This document shows positions 37,981 through 51,299 of a stretch of 64,000 bases of DNA, piece after piece. The position numbers and the translations under genes are program-made. The number at the start of each line of letters is the position of its first letter. The stretch's first letter is position 1. The stretch covers positions 15,252,001-15,316,000 of the forward strand of contig JAQFVV010000008.1 in NCBI GenBank assembly GCA_028023455.1. The letters run 5' to 3'. The notes under the pieces were generated by a model. The model worked only from the letters and a program-made list of their open reading frames with translations. It did not search any database and was not told the origin of the DNA. Source of the stretch: Epiperipatus broadwayi (lineage: Eukaryota > Animalia > Onychophora).

Positions 37981-40289
37981 AATGTTTTCTTTTAAACATA
38001 AAAGTGTTTTATATTGAATTACGTTAAAATGAAAAGTAAACTTCATTGAATATCATAGTAATTGTAAATTAGTAAAATCATTCTAACTACAGAAGGAATA
38101 AAAATAAAAAGATAAAACAATTAAAAATAAAGTTAGGTGAATTTTATGATTATACAAAGCAAATCGTGAAACAGAAAAATATTCATATGTATCACATACA
38201 AGTCCTTTAATCTGTTTACTGTAATTCTGCCACAAATTTTTCTTGATCTATTTACTCATCAATTTTTTGCTTTCTTGTTTAAAATGCAGTTAATCTTATT
38301 TAATGATTTGTTCCTTTTATTATTTTTTAGAGGGGAAAATCAAAATTTTAAATCAAATATTTTTTTTTTTTACCTTCAATTTATTTCCAAATATCTGTAT
38401 ATATAAATTATAGTAATTTATTTAATAACTACAATTTGATTTACAAGCATAAATTTTTGTTTATTATTTTTTGATGTGTGTGTATTCGAGATAAAATTTA
38501 AAATGTTATCCAATAAATTGTAATTCATGCCAAAATAATAAAATCTGGCGATAATGACCCTTTTCTTAAACCCCCCAACCAAATTTGAGAAAGATTTAAT
38601 TATAAAAAAACTCAAAATCTACCAAAGAGTAATACCTAAAGAATGCAGAAAAAAAACAATTTGAATATCATTTATACCTTTAAGGACTATTTATTGTTTA
38701 CATTTAAAAAGTACTTCCTAATTCTGTCCAGATGGTAAACATTGCCAAATTATTAGAGAGATAAACTAATGGTATTTCTATCTTAGAATCTCTGATTTAT
38801 TATATTTTCACTTTTATTTTAAAAAATCTTATTTTTGAAAATTGCTTATATTTGAAATTGTTATCTGAAAGTATGCAACTATCTGTATATACATTATACA
38901 ATTGTTTAATTTATTCAAATATATATCTTCAATTAAGATTAATAAATGTATTATAATATATATTTAAATCGAATACCAATGTGTCTAGATAATATGTGGG
39001 ATGATTTCGATATTTTTATATTTATTAGATAACACATTTTTAAATTAGTCATCATTAATAACCAATCATAAATGAATATGTCCATTTTAATTTTAGGAAA
39101 AATTAAAATAAATAGAATGATTAAAAATAAAATAAATTTATGATGTCTATATAAACTAGTCCATGACCATAAACATGTTCTCGTGTATATCATAATTACT
39201 TGATGCAATGGGGCGTTTTTTTTTTTATTTATTTATTTTGTTAAAAAAAATACAAAACTACTTTTTAAAAGATTTCAGTGCCTTCCCTAATTGTAACTTT
39301 CCATTATAATCTAAACTACTTTTTAAAAGATTTCAACACCTTCTCTAATTGTAACCTTTCAATATCTCTATCATCAATCAAAGAAAGCAATCAAGGTTGC
39401 ATTATCTTTAAAGTAATCTTCGTGAGGTTTGTCTCTCTCAAGGAAAACTTAAATTCATAATAAATACTTGGGGGGGGGGGGTGCTATTTATTCATTTCAC
39501 ATGCCCAGTTCAATAGAGGGACTAATATAATAGTAGTCTCAATACTATTACATCCAGCAAAGTAAAGAATATGCTGATCAATCTTGTGATCATATTTTTA
39601 AAATGTTATGATACATCACCGAATGAAAAAATTTTAGTGCCATTATATTAAATCAATAGATTTATATTCCACTTCCATGTAATAAATGGGGTAAAGCAAG
39701 GTCTTATATACATATAATTAATTTAATTGTACTGACATATCATTTTAATGAAATATGTTATCTTTTAGCTTGTAAAACACAACAGTAACATGTAAGAGTC
39801 TATACTTCAACATCCAAGTCCATTTTATAATTTAAAAAGAACACAAAATATTTAAATTGATTCATATTCTCAACTTAATAACCACCCAAGCTAAACAGTT
39901 GCTGAAGAGTGCTCTTTCTTTCATTTTCTCATAAAGAATCTCTATGTAGAATGTAAGCAAAACATTTAAAATATTATGTTAATCATCTTTTAAATTGGCA
40001 AACTACTGTAATTATTATCATATTAAATCTAGAAGCCAAAAAGATGAAATTCTTGCTTTCGCCTTTAAGTGATTGAAATTTAAAACTATACCATCAAATT
40101 TTTATCATGTATTAATGCCACTTTTATGAGGCTGTTTATAAACTGGTTCAAAAACTACTGTCATAAAATGGAAAATAAAATTGGAACTAGTATTATATCC
40201 TTGTTTAGCATCAATTTTTACTGTAAATGCTTCCAATTTTTCATTATTAATAGTAATGCTTTTTTTCATATCATCAAGTAGAAATTGAA

Positions 40290-40904
40290 AAAACAGGCAA
40301 ACTCTCCATACAGTAGTGCCACTCAGTGCAAGTCAGAGTAATCAACGGATCCCAGAAGGCTTATGCATAAAATCCCTATCTAGTACCTACTCATCCAATA
40401 TCCCCAGACTAGTTTCTAGCTTGTGGATTTCAACAGTGAGGAACCATGAATCTGAGAGCACTGTACCTAGATCTTAAGAAATGGTGATCATGTGATGTTT
40501 AGTGGTTTAATAATTCTGCCTAATAGGATAGTGGTGGCTATGGTTATTAAAGAACCAAAGACACCAAAATGTATGGGTACTGAACTGAGTTTAGACCTAT
40601 ATGACTATATAAGCTAATGAGCTTGGATTGAAAATAATAGTGTTTTCAATTTTATTCTTATAGTTTTGTAATTAAGTAGAGATAAAAGGTGGCTGTTGGA
40701 GAATTGCATTAGATCCTAAGATCTAGGTGCAGTGCTCTCAGATCCAAAACTCTTCACTGTCAAAAGCCACAAGGTAGAGACTAGTTTGGGAATATTGGAT
40801 GAGTAGGCATTAGATAGGGATTTTATGCACAAGCCTTCTGGCATTCATTGATTACGCTGGCTTGCACTGAGTGGCACTACTGTATGGAAAGTTTTGCCTG
40901 TTTT
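40290..40904. mobile_element. Family C head-to-head inverted dimer (~185-bp arms, 240-bp spacer) with hammerhead-like motifs
   Basis: 40290-40476 is the reverse complement of 40717-40904. The left arm on the minus strand reads tcctca-CTGTTGA-AATCCACAAGCTA-GAAA-CTAGTC/TGGGGA. Confidence 0.85.
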
Positions 40905-41297
40905 AATAGCAGTTATGAGCAAGCATAAGAAATGGTGATCATGTGATGACAAGTAGAAGTTGTATAATATAAATAAATTTTAGTGGATAATTTCAAACAC
41001 TGACACAAATCTTACCAATTAACTAAATTGGATGTCTTAACTAAATCAATAAAAGCTTACATTGAAACCATGTCTTTATTCCTATTTTCTTTTTGTTGCT
41101 TGATAACAAAAGTCAAATCTATACTGCTTCTTGATTTTTTAAAACCATACTGAGTTTCTGGAAACCTTTCATGATTATCTGAAAGCACTTGATTCAACAG
41201 AAACTATAAAAGTGCCTCTGCTTCAATGGATAAATATATCACAAGGTAAATTGCAATCTATATCTTTTTATTTACATAAATTATATTTCATACAAAC

Positions 41298-41517
41298 AAT
41301 ACACATGATGACACACATGTGAAAAAGATAAATAATCTCCAATATATGCATTTCATGCTGAACCAGCACTGATCAGTTGGTTCAGTATATTGGAATTTAT
41401 CTTTTTCACATGTGTCATCATGTGTATCAATTATATGAGATAGAGTGGATAACTGACGAGAGCTTGAAATTCTGTGTTCAAATTCCCTATATTACATTTA
41501 GACTTCAGGTATATAAA
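41298..41517. mobile_element. Family A fold-back copy with the hammerhead core at the centre
   Basis: 41298-41346 and 41386-41427 are inverted. The minus-strand core ccaa-CTGATCA-GTGCTG gtt CAGCAT-GAAA-TGCATA lies between them. The plus arm continues into the family 3' body. Confidence 0.85.
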
Positions 41518-41714
41518 ATATATTTAAAATATTATAAAATATAATAATAAAAGCAAGCTTCACATGAGGTAACACCATTTAATGAATCCACATATTCATA
41601 AAGTTCTAATAGTATTAAAGCTAACTTATCATTACCATATTTTTAAACTTCTGCAGATATCTCACTATGACTGCTTTTATTACAAAAAAGCCATTATAAC
41701 TCCATTAAAATGGT

Positions 41715-41855
41715 TCATCATTGTCATCAATAACCATTATCAATCTACTGCAGAATAAAAGTTTCTCTAAGTTCAATCCATCTTCCTCTGATCTTTAGCT
41801 TCTCTTCTCCACATCACCCCTGCACACTTTCTTATTTCATCCATCCATTTCACAA
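41715..41855 (-). mobile_element. Short RTE LINE 3' end fragment
   Basis: catcaataaccattatcaatctactgcag...tgcacactttcttatttcatccatcc matches the reverse complement of the RTE 3' end. Confidence 0.88.
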
Positions 41856-42615
41856 GCGGTTTCTTTCTGGGTATTTTACAATGGATATCTTTGGTAGAAG
41901 GATATATTATTAAATCCCATCATTTCAATTTTATACTGTTATTCAAAAGGTGGTCGATAATTAACTCTTAACTGTTTGAAATATTATCATATTTATATAA
42001 AAACATGCACCCATATAAGAGCATTTTTTATCATATAATAATGTGCCATTTGTGGGTTCAATGGAATTATGATACAGTATTGTTTTTCAAGTCCATATTT
42101 TACTTTCAATGTATCAAAATATATATATATAATGACCAAGAACAGTTAATGGGTGTATTTCTTTTGCAGTTTTAATCTGTGATTTTTAAGCTTTCTTGAC
42201 AGCTGGTGAATTTCTGGATTTAAATCTTTTTATTTCTTACAAAGATCTACATTCATTTTATTATTTGCAGAATCTGAAAACATAAAATAGTAAATACTTT
42301 TGCATATGTTGTTAATACAATTATTAATAATTAATAAGAAAATTATTGTCAGAGAACTAATCATGATTTTCATATTCACATCACATTCTTTAAAAGAATG
42401 TTGTTCACTTAGTAATATGACAGTTTGAAAATCCAAATTGATACTTTTAGTATTTAATAGCTATTAAAATAGAAATCATAAATTTTTCTACTAATATGCT
42501 TGAAAATATGACCTATTGTTTAGTGTATCATTGTAACTTGAGAGAATGATATATTCACCAATATTCATCTATAAGTGCTCATGTAACTTCTTTTAAAATG
42601 ATGCTTCTAATTGTC

Positions 42616-42904
42616 AAAACTCTCCATACAGTAATGTCACTCAGTGCAAGCCAGAGTAATCAATAGATGCCAGAAGGCTTGTGCATAAAATCCCTATATA
42701 GTGCCTACTCATCCAACACCCCCAGACTAGTTTCTAGCTTGTAGCTTTCATCAGCAAGGAGCCTTGGACCTGAGAGTGAAGCTCAAAACTAGTCTGGGGA
42801 TATTGAATGAGTAGGCAAACAAGATAGGGATTTTTTATGCACAAGCCTTCTGTCTTCCATTGATTACTCTGGCTTGCACTGAGAGGCACTACTGTATGGA
42901 AAAT
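42616..42904. mobile_element. Family C fold-back copy with the hammerhead core in the spacer
   Basis: Arms 42616-42732 and 42786-42904. The minus strand across the spacer reads ccttg-CTGATGA-A AGCT aca AGCT A-GAAA-CTAGTC/TGGGG. Confidence 0.85.
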
Positions 42905-43301
42905 TCTGCATGGAGAATCATGTGATGTTTAGTGGTTTAATACTTCTAATTGTAATGTATTCTATTGCTTTGAATGTACATTCAAGTTTTTTTATAGCAA
43001 TTGTTCTATATAAATGAAATTCATCACAACCTTCAAGAAAAAAAAATTATTTTGTCTTTAATGATGTTGATTTTATAATAATATCCAATAAGGGTAAAGA
43101 TATTATTTCTCTGAACTCTTTGAATATGATGTTGGAATTTAAGCACTAATAGGGTAGTCACAAATACTAATGCATAAATCAATATTTAATATTATCAAAC
43201 TTTCATTGACAGATTCTATGAATTGAATATAACAACTTAGATTTCACCACAAATCAAGTACCAAATAGCCTTTTTTTATTTGATTTGCCAATTCAAAAAC
43301 A

Positions 43302-43373
43302 TCATTGGTGATCTAGCATTTAGCATAGCTGCCTTCAAAGCAGCTGGCCTGGGCTCATTTCCCGGTCAACACT
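43302..43373 (+). pseudogene. tRNA-Gly(TCC)-derived pseudogene or SINE head
   Basis: cattggtgatctagcattttagcatagctgccttcaaagcagctggcctgggctcatttcccggtcaac aligns with the conserved metazoan tRNA-Gly(TCC) sequence. Both boxes are mutated. Confidence 0.75.
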
Positions 43374-44269
43374 TTGACATATAAGAAGAAAAATATATAT
43401 ATATTATAGCCACTTATCTCTTCTTTACTATAGAAGATAAGTTTCACTAAAAACAGTTATATTAATTTTAAATCTTTACAGTTCCATTTTATCAATTGCT
43501 GATAACTGTAAAGATCTATATATACAGTTCATATTTCTATATTTTAAAAAAATATTCTTATTGCTATAATTATCTCTTTTATCATTAATGATTTTACAAT
43601 TATTTATATTTTTATGCATTCCTCCAGGTGCAGTAACTTATTCTGATTGTTTAAGGCAGTTCATTTTTAGATTACCCTTTCCATAATCTACTTTGCCAAG
43701 TTAGAAAATTATGCCTTAAATGTAGAGCTAGAGTAACTCACTATTGATTGGATTGCTATGCACAAGATATAATTAAGAGCTTCAAATTTGCTAAATTTTT
43801 TTCCACTTATAATTTTCTCAATACCAAAGACTTGTACAAAAAAAAAAAAAAGAGGAAAAAAGAATTAAATAATGGTTGCTCAAACACACAGGACTATTGT
43901 CTTATTTGATGCAAAGAACTGGCCAATAATTTGAAAAGCTCATGTCTATAATAAAGTGACTGAAAATTCTAAATTTAAAAAAATACTTAAAAAAGACTGT
44001 TCCTTGCCTTTGAGACAAATTAAGCATTTATTATTTACACAGTTAACCTTTATATATATGAAGATTTTTCAATCATCTACCATCTCTGGATCTTGACATA
44101 ATTAAAAATATGACTATATATTACATCTGAAAATTCAAAATGTTTAAATCACTCTCTCAAATATTGTTTTTTTTCAAAGAAAGAACTGCTGAAAAAACCT
44201 AGTATTTGGGAAAATAGTTTGAATATATATAATATATTGTTTTCATTGATTGTTTGTTTTATAGGCTGA

Positions 44270-44776
44270 AAAACACTTTATTGTTTGTTTTGCCTGAATT
44301 GCTTGGGCCACAGTTGTTTCAAAATCTAAATCCGGCATCATCATTTTAAGTCAGAAATTGCAATTTGTTTATGCCGCAAATAAAATGATCACAAAGTGCT
44401 CCATTCAGGAAATCTTTGAATTCGCACTTTAATGCCAGTGATTGGATTTTTATTGCAAACTCTCTGGCTTTTTCCCGTTCTTGCATGCAGATGTGGAAAT
44501 AATATCTCTGGATTATTATCAAGACTTTTGGGGGAAAATAATCTGTGAGAGTTAACATTTTGCCAAAATCTAGAACAGTTGGTGTTTCTACCATAGATTG
44601 AAATTTGACTATCTCGTAAGTTTGAGGACCTATTATGGTCCTTAATGTGGCTAATTTTACCTCAGGATTTTTGATCTGATTAGCTTGTAGGTAAAATATT
44701 AATCATTCTTTATAGCTTGGCCAGCTCTCAGGATGGCTGGATCAAAAGCTTCTGTGGAGCCAATAGAATTAGCCAT
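44270..44776 (-). mobile_element. Ty3/gypsy gag pseudogene fragment
   Basis: MANSIGSTEAFDP...FYLQANQIKNPEVKLATLRTIIGPQTYEIV...DYFPPK...EFAIKIQSLALKCEFKDFLNGALCDHFICGI is a typical invertebrate gypsy gag pattern. Frameshifted; no pol follows. Confidence 0.8.
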
Positions 44777-45363
44777 TTTTTAATTTTCCCTAGTTTCTTT
44801 GTAAGAGAAACAAAGTAGCAATTTTTGTTTTTGCAACTTACCACTCATAATTTTAAATTTTGATAGTTACTGCTTGTAACTGTCCCTACAAAGCTTTTAA
44901 TCCAGTAGGGAGAGTTTCCATCACTTTATTATGAGTTACACACTCATGATTGGTTTATGATTTTAATGTTTGCAGTCAATTTTTCTTATGAATCAGCAAA
45001 TCTGTTTTTTGTATTTGGGAAGATCTAAGTGATAGAATTTTATCATCGTTTTGTAAGTACAACAAGTCTATTTTGTGTATTTTTCCAAACTGCTGAATCT
45101 GATTTTTATTCAGGCAGAATAGATTTTAATACAGAATAGATTTTAATACGACAAATGTCTAACTGTGTACTCATGTATTTATTGTATTTTTCCAATCATG
45201 GGGGAAAATATATATATATATTTCTGACCGTGCCAAATCTATTGTCCTTGGCATATTTTATATTATTTTTTCAATCTTAAAAAAATTTTCCTTTTGTCTG
45301 ATTGCTCCAACTCTATTGTATATTTAGCATATTTTTTAATATGGGAAAAATTTTCCTTTTTGT

Positions 45364-45375
45364 CTCACTGCGCCA
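45364..45375 (-). promoter_or_regulatory. Primer binding site, tRNA-Ser(UGA)-like
   Basis: The minus strand reads TGGCGCAGTGAG 4 nt after the LTR end ACAACA. This is one mismatch from the complement of a ...CUCGCUGCGCCA tRNA 3' end. Confidence 0.7.
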
Positions 45376-45379
45376 AATA

Positions 45380-46060
45380 TGTTGTGTTTGGTCTGAAGTA
45401 CCAGTTTCAGGTTCAAACCAACAGTGATGTCAGTAATAATATAAACACTCAATAAATACAGTTCTATGTAGATAAAGTTAATACTGTACTAGTCATGCCA
45501 GACTCACTTCAGTTGTATATATTATCTTGCCTCATGAGTTCTAGTCAAGACTCTCCCAGCTATAGCTTGCCTCAAATTCTTGTCAAGACTCTTCAAGCTA
45601 TTCTGGATAGCTTGCCTCAAGTTCTAGTCAAGACCTTTCTAGTTGTACTGGACAGCTTGCCTCAAGTCAGCCATAGACATATCAGCTTCCAGTCCTATCA
45701 TCGGTTTGCCTCACTGCATAGACATATCACAGTAATGACTATAGTAGAAACACATTCGCAGTTGAAAGTGGTTTCAATTGAGTGCATGTTCAATCACTCA
45801 GGTTAGACAGACATTATCTCTCTGTGATTCTCTCTCTCCTTTTTGCTTGCCTCAAAAAAGGTTGACTATTTATTGCCAGATCCTCTACCTTACTGGCAGA
45901 AATCGGATTCAGAGAACATCATTGCCTATTAGCCCCTACTAACCAATGGTAGGTTTATCTACATGTTTACGCATTGGTTAGTGGCAATGAGTGCTCAATC
46001 CGATCAGATAAAGAAGGAATCTGAACTAGTCCACTTCTGAAGGCAAGATCAGATATGACA
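45380..46060 (-). mobile_element. 5' LTR of the gypsy remnant (~680 bp)
   Basis: The minus strand starts TGTCATA and ends CACAACA. It is followed by the PBS and gag, is richer in GC than its flanks, and contains ~40-45-bp internal repeats at 45526-45668. Confidence 0.7.
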
Positions 46061-49043
46061 AAAATATAATATAATTAATAATTTTATTATCTTATATTGT
46101 CAGGGCAGAGAAATTTATGATTATGACAGGAATTTATGAAAAAATTGAATTTTAAAGAGAAAAGAGATAAATGAATTTATGATGAAGGGACAAAAATAAT
46201 TCAATAAATTTGATATAATTTTTTATTATAAATTGTACATTGAAGATCACAGATTTCTTTTCAATTCACATAATCTGATACTAGTGACATTTCTCTTTCA
46301 ATTAGTGAAAGTGAACAAGAGATATTGCTAATGCAAATTTTACAATTATTAGCATATTCATTTTGCATGTGGAGAATCTATGTATTTGTAATCATTAACT
46401 TTTTTTCAAGAATGTAATTGTGAATCTATGATTGCAATGTGAATTAATTCTTTTATATTTGTCCCATTAGTTAATTGCAAACAGTATGGATTCTATAATT
46501 TTTACAAGATTCACAAGTGAATGAATATTGATGCAGAAATAAGAAGTACTTTGAAAATGCAACGTTTTGAGAATTTAATTTTTGAATTTTGACATAAGTT
46601 TCCAAGTTTGCTCACTTTATCATTTTATAAAAGATGAAATCCTGGCCTTATTGTATTTTATTGACTCCATTTCTCACAGTACTGTTTTTAAGTAGGAGAC
46701 GTGACATTAATGTCTGGTCTATTTTTGTCTGCCAGTTTACCTGTATAGAGATTAAAATTTATATGGAAATGGTCCTACACAAAATTAACAAGCAAATCAC
46801 AATCTATATCTTTAATTAGTGAGGAAAATAAAAAAGGAATATGAAAATATCAATGACTAATGAAATGTAATTTAAAAATTCTTTATTTGATGTAATTAAT
46901 AATATATATATATAATTATTTCTTATTGAAATAAAATAAATGAAATCAACAAATTTTTAAAATAAAAACGGAGTGTTTTTTTTTAAAATACAAACCTTAA
47001 TCTTGATTTTATATAAATAATTCAAATTAATTTTAATAAATGATAATTTATTACATGAATAAATAAAGATAGCAATTTAAATTTTGTTAACTCTTAAAAA
47101 AAAAAAAAAAAGATATTCAATGTTAAATACCTAGATATAAGCTAATTTAGAAAACAAAAATATTTTTTTATTTTTTAAAAAAAAAAAAAAAAGTTAAAAA
47201 CAACTTGTAGCATAAATTTGTAGCATATAAATATATTGCAAATATTTTGTTGTAAAAATGAATTAAACAGTGTTAGACAATTTATTTATTTTATTATTAA
47301 TTAATATATCTATTATAAATTTAATTTTATTTTTAAAAAAGCAATATGGAAATAAACAAATTTTTATAATTAAAAAACATAAATAAATCATATGTTTTTA
47401 AGATTTTAATAAAGAAATAAATAATATATAAGAAAATTTACATTTTCAATCAGTGTTTATTATTATACATATATATGTGTGTGTGTGTTTAATTACTTCA
47501 ACAAAAAACTCCAGCAAAAGAGCTATTATAGATTAATGAGAAAACTGGTTTAGCCTTAGAGATTGTCCATTAGTAGTAATTGATAATTTCTTGGTAATAT
47601 CAAAGGTTAATGATTATCTCTATTTACATGGATATTATCTCTTCATTTCTATTCTTTATATATATGCCTTCTCATTTACATTTCCTCTCCGAGTTTTTTT
47701 TAAACTACAGAAAGAAAAGACATAAAAATAATGTGGATTTGAAAATCTATAACTATCAAATTCAAAATTATCATGTATAAGGACTTTTAAAATAAATTTT
47801 CAACATCAATACAAAATTCTTATTTATATTTGAGGTATAATATTTAACAGTAAGGCATAAAATCCAAAAATTTTTATTATTTATGTTGTTCAGATCCAAT
47901 ATTCTATTTACAAGTCTTTTATATATTGAAATATATTTCTTTCACATGGTAGTATTAAACATTACCATCAATGCATATTATGCAACTACCTTCTATTGTG
48001 ATATTAACTTCTTGCAAAAAGTTGAAAATAAAACTGAATAAATGTATAGATTTTAAAACTATTTCACTATTTGCCAACAAAAATTAATAAGTTATGTAAC
48101 TTATCATTGCTATCATTATATTGGGAAAAATTGAGTTTTAGTACTATAGAAATATAATTTAAGAATTGCCTAATATATATTGAGCTGTTTTTTTTTTTAA
48201 AAAAAACTATTAAAATGAAAATTTTTCAAAATAGTAGTTTTTGTTCATGCTATAAAAAGTATTCTAATTTGCATAGGGGAATTTGATGTTCTAACATAAC
48301 CTCTCAATATATGCTTTGCAAAACTTCTTTGAAACTATTTTCCATTTATCTTATATTATTCCCAACATGAAAGTTTCAATTTAATTTAAAATAATATCAC
48401 TTTTTTTTGTACATCAAAGAAGTGATTTTGTGTTGGGCTAATATTTAGTTATATAAATATTTTACTGAGCCCTCTAAGATGTAATAAAAGGAAAAGAATG
48501 CAAGATTAATAAATTTTGCCATTGGCATACTTATTAAACAAGATTTGCACTTCTTTTTCTATGGTAAAAATTATTGAATATCTGAAAAATTTGATGATTG
48601 CATGACAAGAAAAAAAATTTCACCATTGAACCTTTAAATAATTATAGTTTTGTTTTAAACTATCTAGCATTTTCTAACAACAAATATTTCTAACTAATTG
48701 ATATTATTTTATCACCTTAATATTTTAAACTAAATACTAATGTAATGGTTATAATTTTATATTACAAATTTATTTTTATTGGATCATGTATGAGATCTTT
48801 AATGGCCATATATAACAAGTAAAAACAAGCTTTAAGAAATTCATTGCATAGCAAAAATCTCTTTACAATACTTCATGGAGAAACATGAAAAACTAAACAA
48901 GCCTGGTAAAAGTTTAACAGTTTTGAATTATTTTATTTTCTAAGTAAAAATTTCTTGATGAGCATTAAAAGTAATAATGGATGCTTACTAAGTTGGCTAA
49001 AATCGTAGCTCATTGGAATTCTAAATTTTTTTAAGATTTACAC

Positions 49044-49106
49044 AGCCTATATTCGAATCCAGATCATGGAGGTGGCAGATGAATGCACTACCATTACACT
49101 ATGAAA
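49044..49106 (-). mobile_element. Degenerate tRNA-like SINE head
   Basis: Reverse complement TAGTGTAATGGTAGTGCATTCATCTGCCA...GGATTCGAAT: A-box and B-box-like motifs at tRNA spacing. Confidence 0.55.
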
Positions 49107-51299
49107 TCTTGTGTGTTATTGCGCGCAATATCAGATTTTATTATCTGTTTAGATATGAAGTCGTACAGTTTGAACATTCAGCATGTTCAAAGCTTGTAAA
49201 ATTGTGATTTCAATGCACATGTATATATATGATCGACTGAATCATTAATTTTAAACAATTATGGACAATATTAGTTTGTATCCGTCCAGTTAAAAAGGTC
49301 GAAATTTCAGCTGGGTGATATAGATTATTTTGTGTTAAAATGACATTTTAAGATAAAAATATAAACTCTATTTTAAAGATTTTTTTTTTTTGCCATTTAA
49401 AAAAAAAAAGTACTTGCTTTTTGAAAGAAATTTATATATATTTTATTAACAGATAATTAATATTTTAATTAAATTATCAATATGTATCATTTTTCTAATA
49501 ACTTAAACTCATTTATCTGTATTATGCACCCTTAATTTATTTTATTTTTTTAAAGGTTAAAGATAAATTCTTTTCATATATGCAAAATTAATATAAGAGT
49601 TTTCAATAACTCACAATAAATAAACAATGAAAATATTTTAAAACTGCAGGGAAATAAATGATCACAGGATTTTGTTGACATTTTTTCTTTTAAGAAATCA
49701 CACACGATAAAAACAAACATCAGTATGTATTTATATAAATAAATAGCATTCGTATCTCAAGATTCATCTAATGTGTACAATTAAATTAACATAAATTAAA
49801 CATTGTCAATAGCCACTTGTGTCCTATAGGATTTTTTAGTGTTGACTGTATATATTTTTTAATAATATAATACATTTAAATATTAATATAATATTAGTTT
49901 TCAACTTATTATATGAAGCTATATATGTGTTGCTATGTACTAAAATAGTAGGTATATAAATTTTTCTCTATATAAAAAAATAGTGTGAGATAAATCATAC
50001 AATCTAAATTCTACACGTAGAAACGGAATAAATAATTATAAGTTAAATAGAAGTAATTATTTTATAATTAATATTGTAAAAATGTAAGGTGGGAATTAAA
50101 AATTAATAAAGATTGTACAAAATATAGGAATTCTTTAATTAATTACCTAATTGAAATGCATTAAAAATTTAAATTAAATCTTGTTAGAATCTGATCAAAA
50201 AAAAACTACTCTAGAGATTGTCGAAAAAGAATCTCATGAACATTTACAATATATAAAAAAAGGTGAATTGGGAATAAAAGGAGAAAACTTGGCAGCTCAG
50301 TGTTACGTGGCTTTTAAAGAAATGACCATCATAATCTGATAGCTCTACAGACAAAAATTACTATATTCAAACAAGATATATGAACAGATATATTTTTTTA
50401 TTATTATATTAATAAACTTGCACATATATAATTTATTATATTAATAAACTTTGATCTTGGGATATTTTTATATGTTTTGCTACACACAAATAATTATATA
50501 CATATAAGTGTTCAACAATATATGTTTGTTAAAATTGTATTTAACTATGAAGATGGACACATGTTAAAAAAGTGTTATAAATTCAATGTACTGAGTGTTG
50601 GAGATAATATATTTATATACAGAAACTGGTTTGAAAAAATTTAAAGCAAGTAAGTTTGTAAAGAAAAAAAAGTGGATTGATAGGACTAATGCTATATGTT
50701 TAACTTTGTTACTAATAATTTTATTGAGTGGAAGACCTCTATGTCTCATGTAGAAAAATTTTTCTCATAATTAAAATAAAATTATTAAGGGTTACTTTAC
50801 AATATTTTATGGGGTCCTAGAATATCTGAAGATGAATACAAGCTCTGTGAATTGAATGTTTTGAAAATGCTGTTTTTCAATGAAATCATTAATATATATA
50901 TATATGTTCTTTCAACTGGTATTGGACAGTGATTTATAAGTAACACTGAGGTCATGGGGAACATGAGAATGATTAACAAAAAGAATTTATACAAAGCTCA
51001 TTCTAGAAAAGGCAAACAAACATATAGATATAAGTGAAAATGAAATTCACATACAAAGAGTAGCCTGTATATCTGTTAATCAAAATACAGAAAAGATTAA
51101 CATTTTATGTAGTTCATTAAAAAAAATCCTACATACTAGAAAGAGTGATTTGAAACCCAGAATCATATTTAATATATTAAATAAACTATAAATTGCAATT
51201 GAAATGCACATATGTGAAGCCATAATATGAATTAATAATTGCTTAGCACTTTTGGGAGCTACCTGTTCTCACATTCATAGCTTATATTAATGATTGTTG

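Noticed and set aside
41450-41480. Second ultra-minimal hammerhead in the family A 3' body (CTGACGA-GAGCTT-GAAA-TTC)
   Set aside because: Stems I and III cannot be formed, other copies read CTGAAGGG, and it overlaps the putative A/B-box spacer.
40290-42904. Classical MITE interpretation of the family C inverted repeats
   Set aside because: Spacer length and arm boundaries differ between loci, a single arm exists at 63.3 kb, I found no fixed target-site duplication, and the arms carry a hammerhead motif. A genome-wide survey would be needed to exclude it fully.
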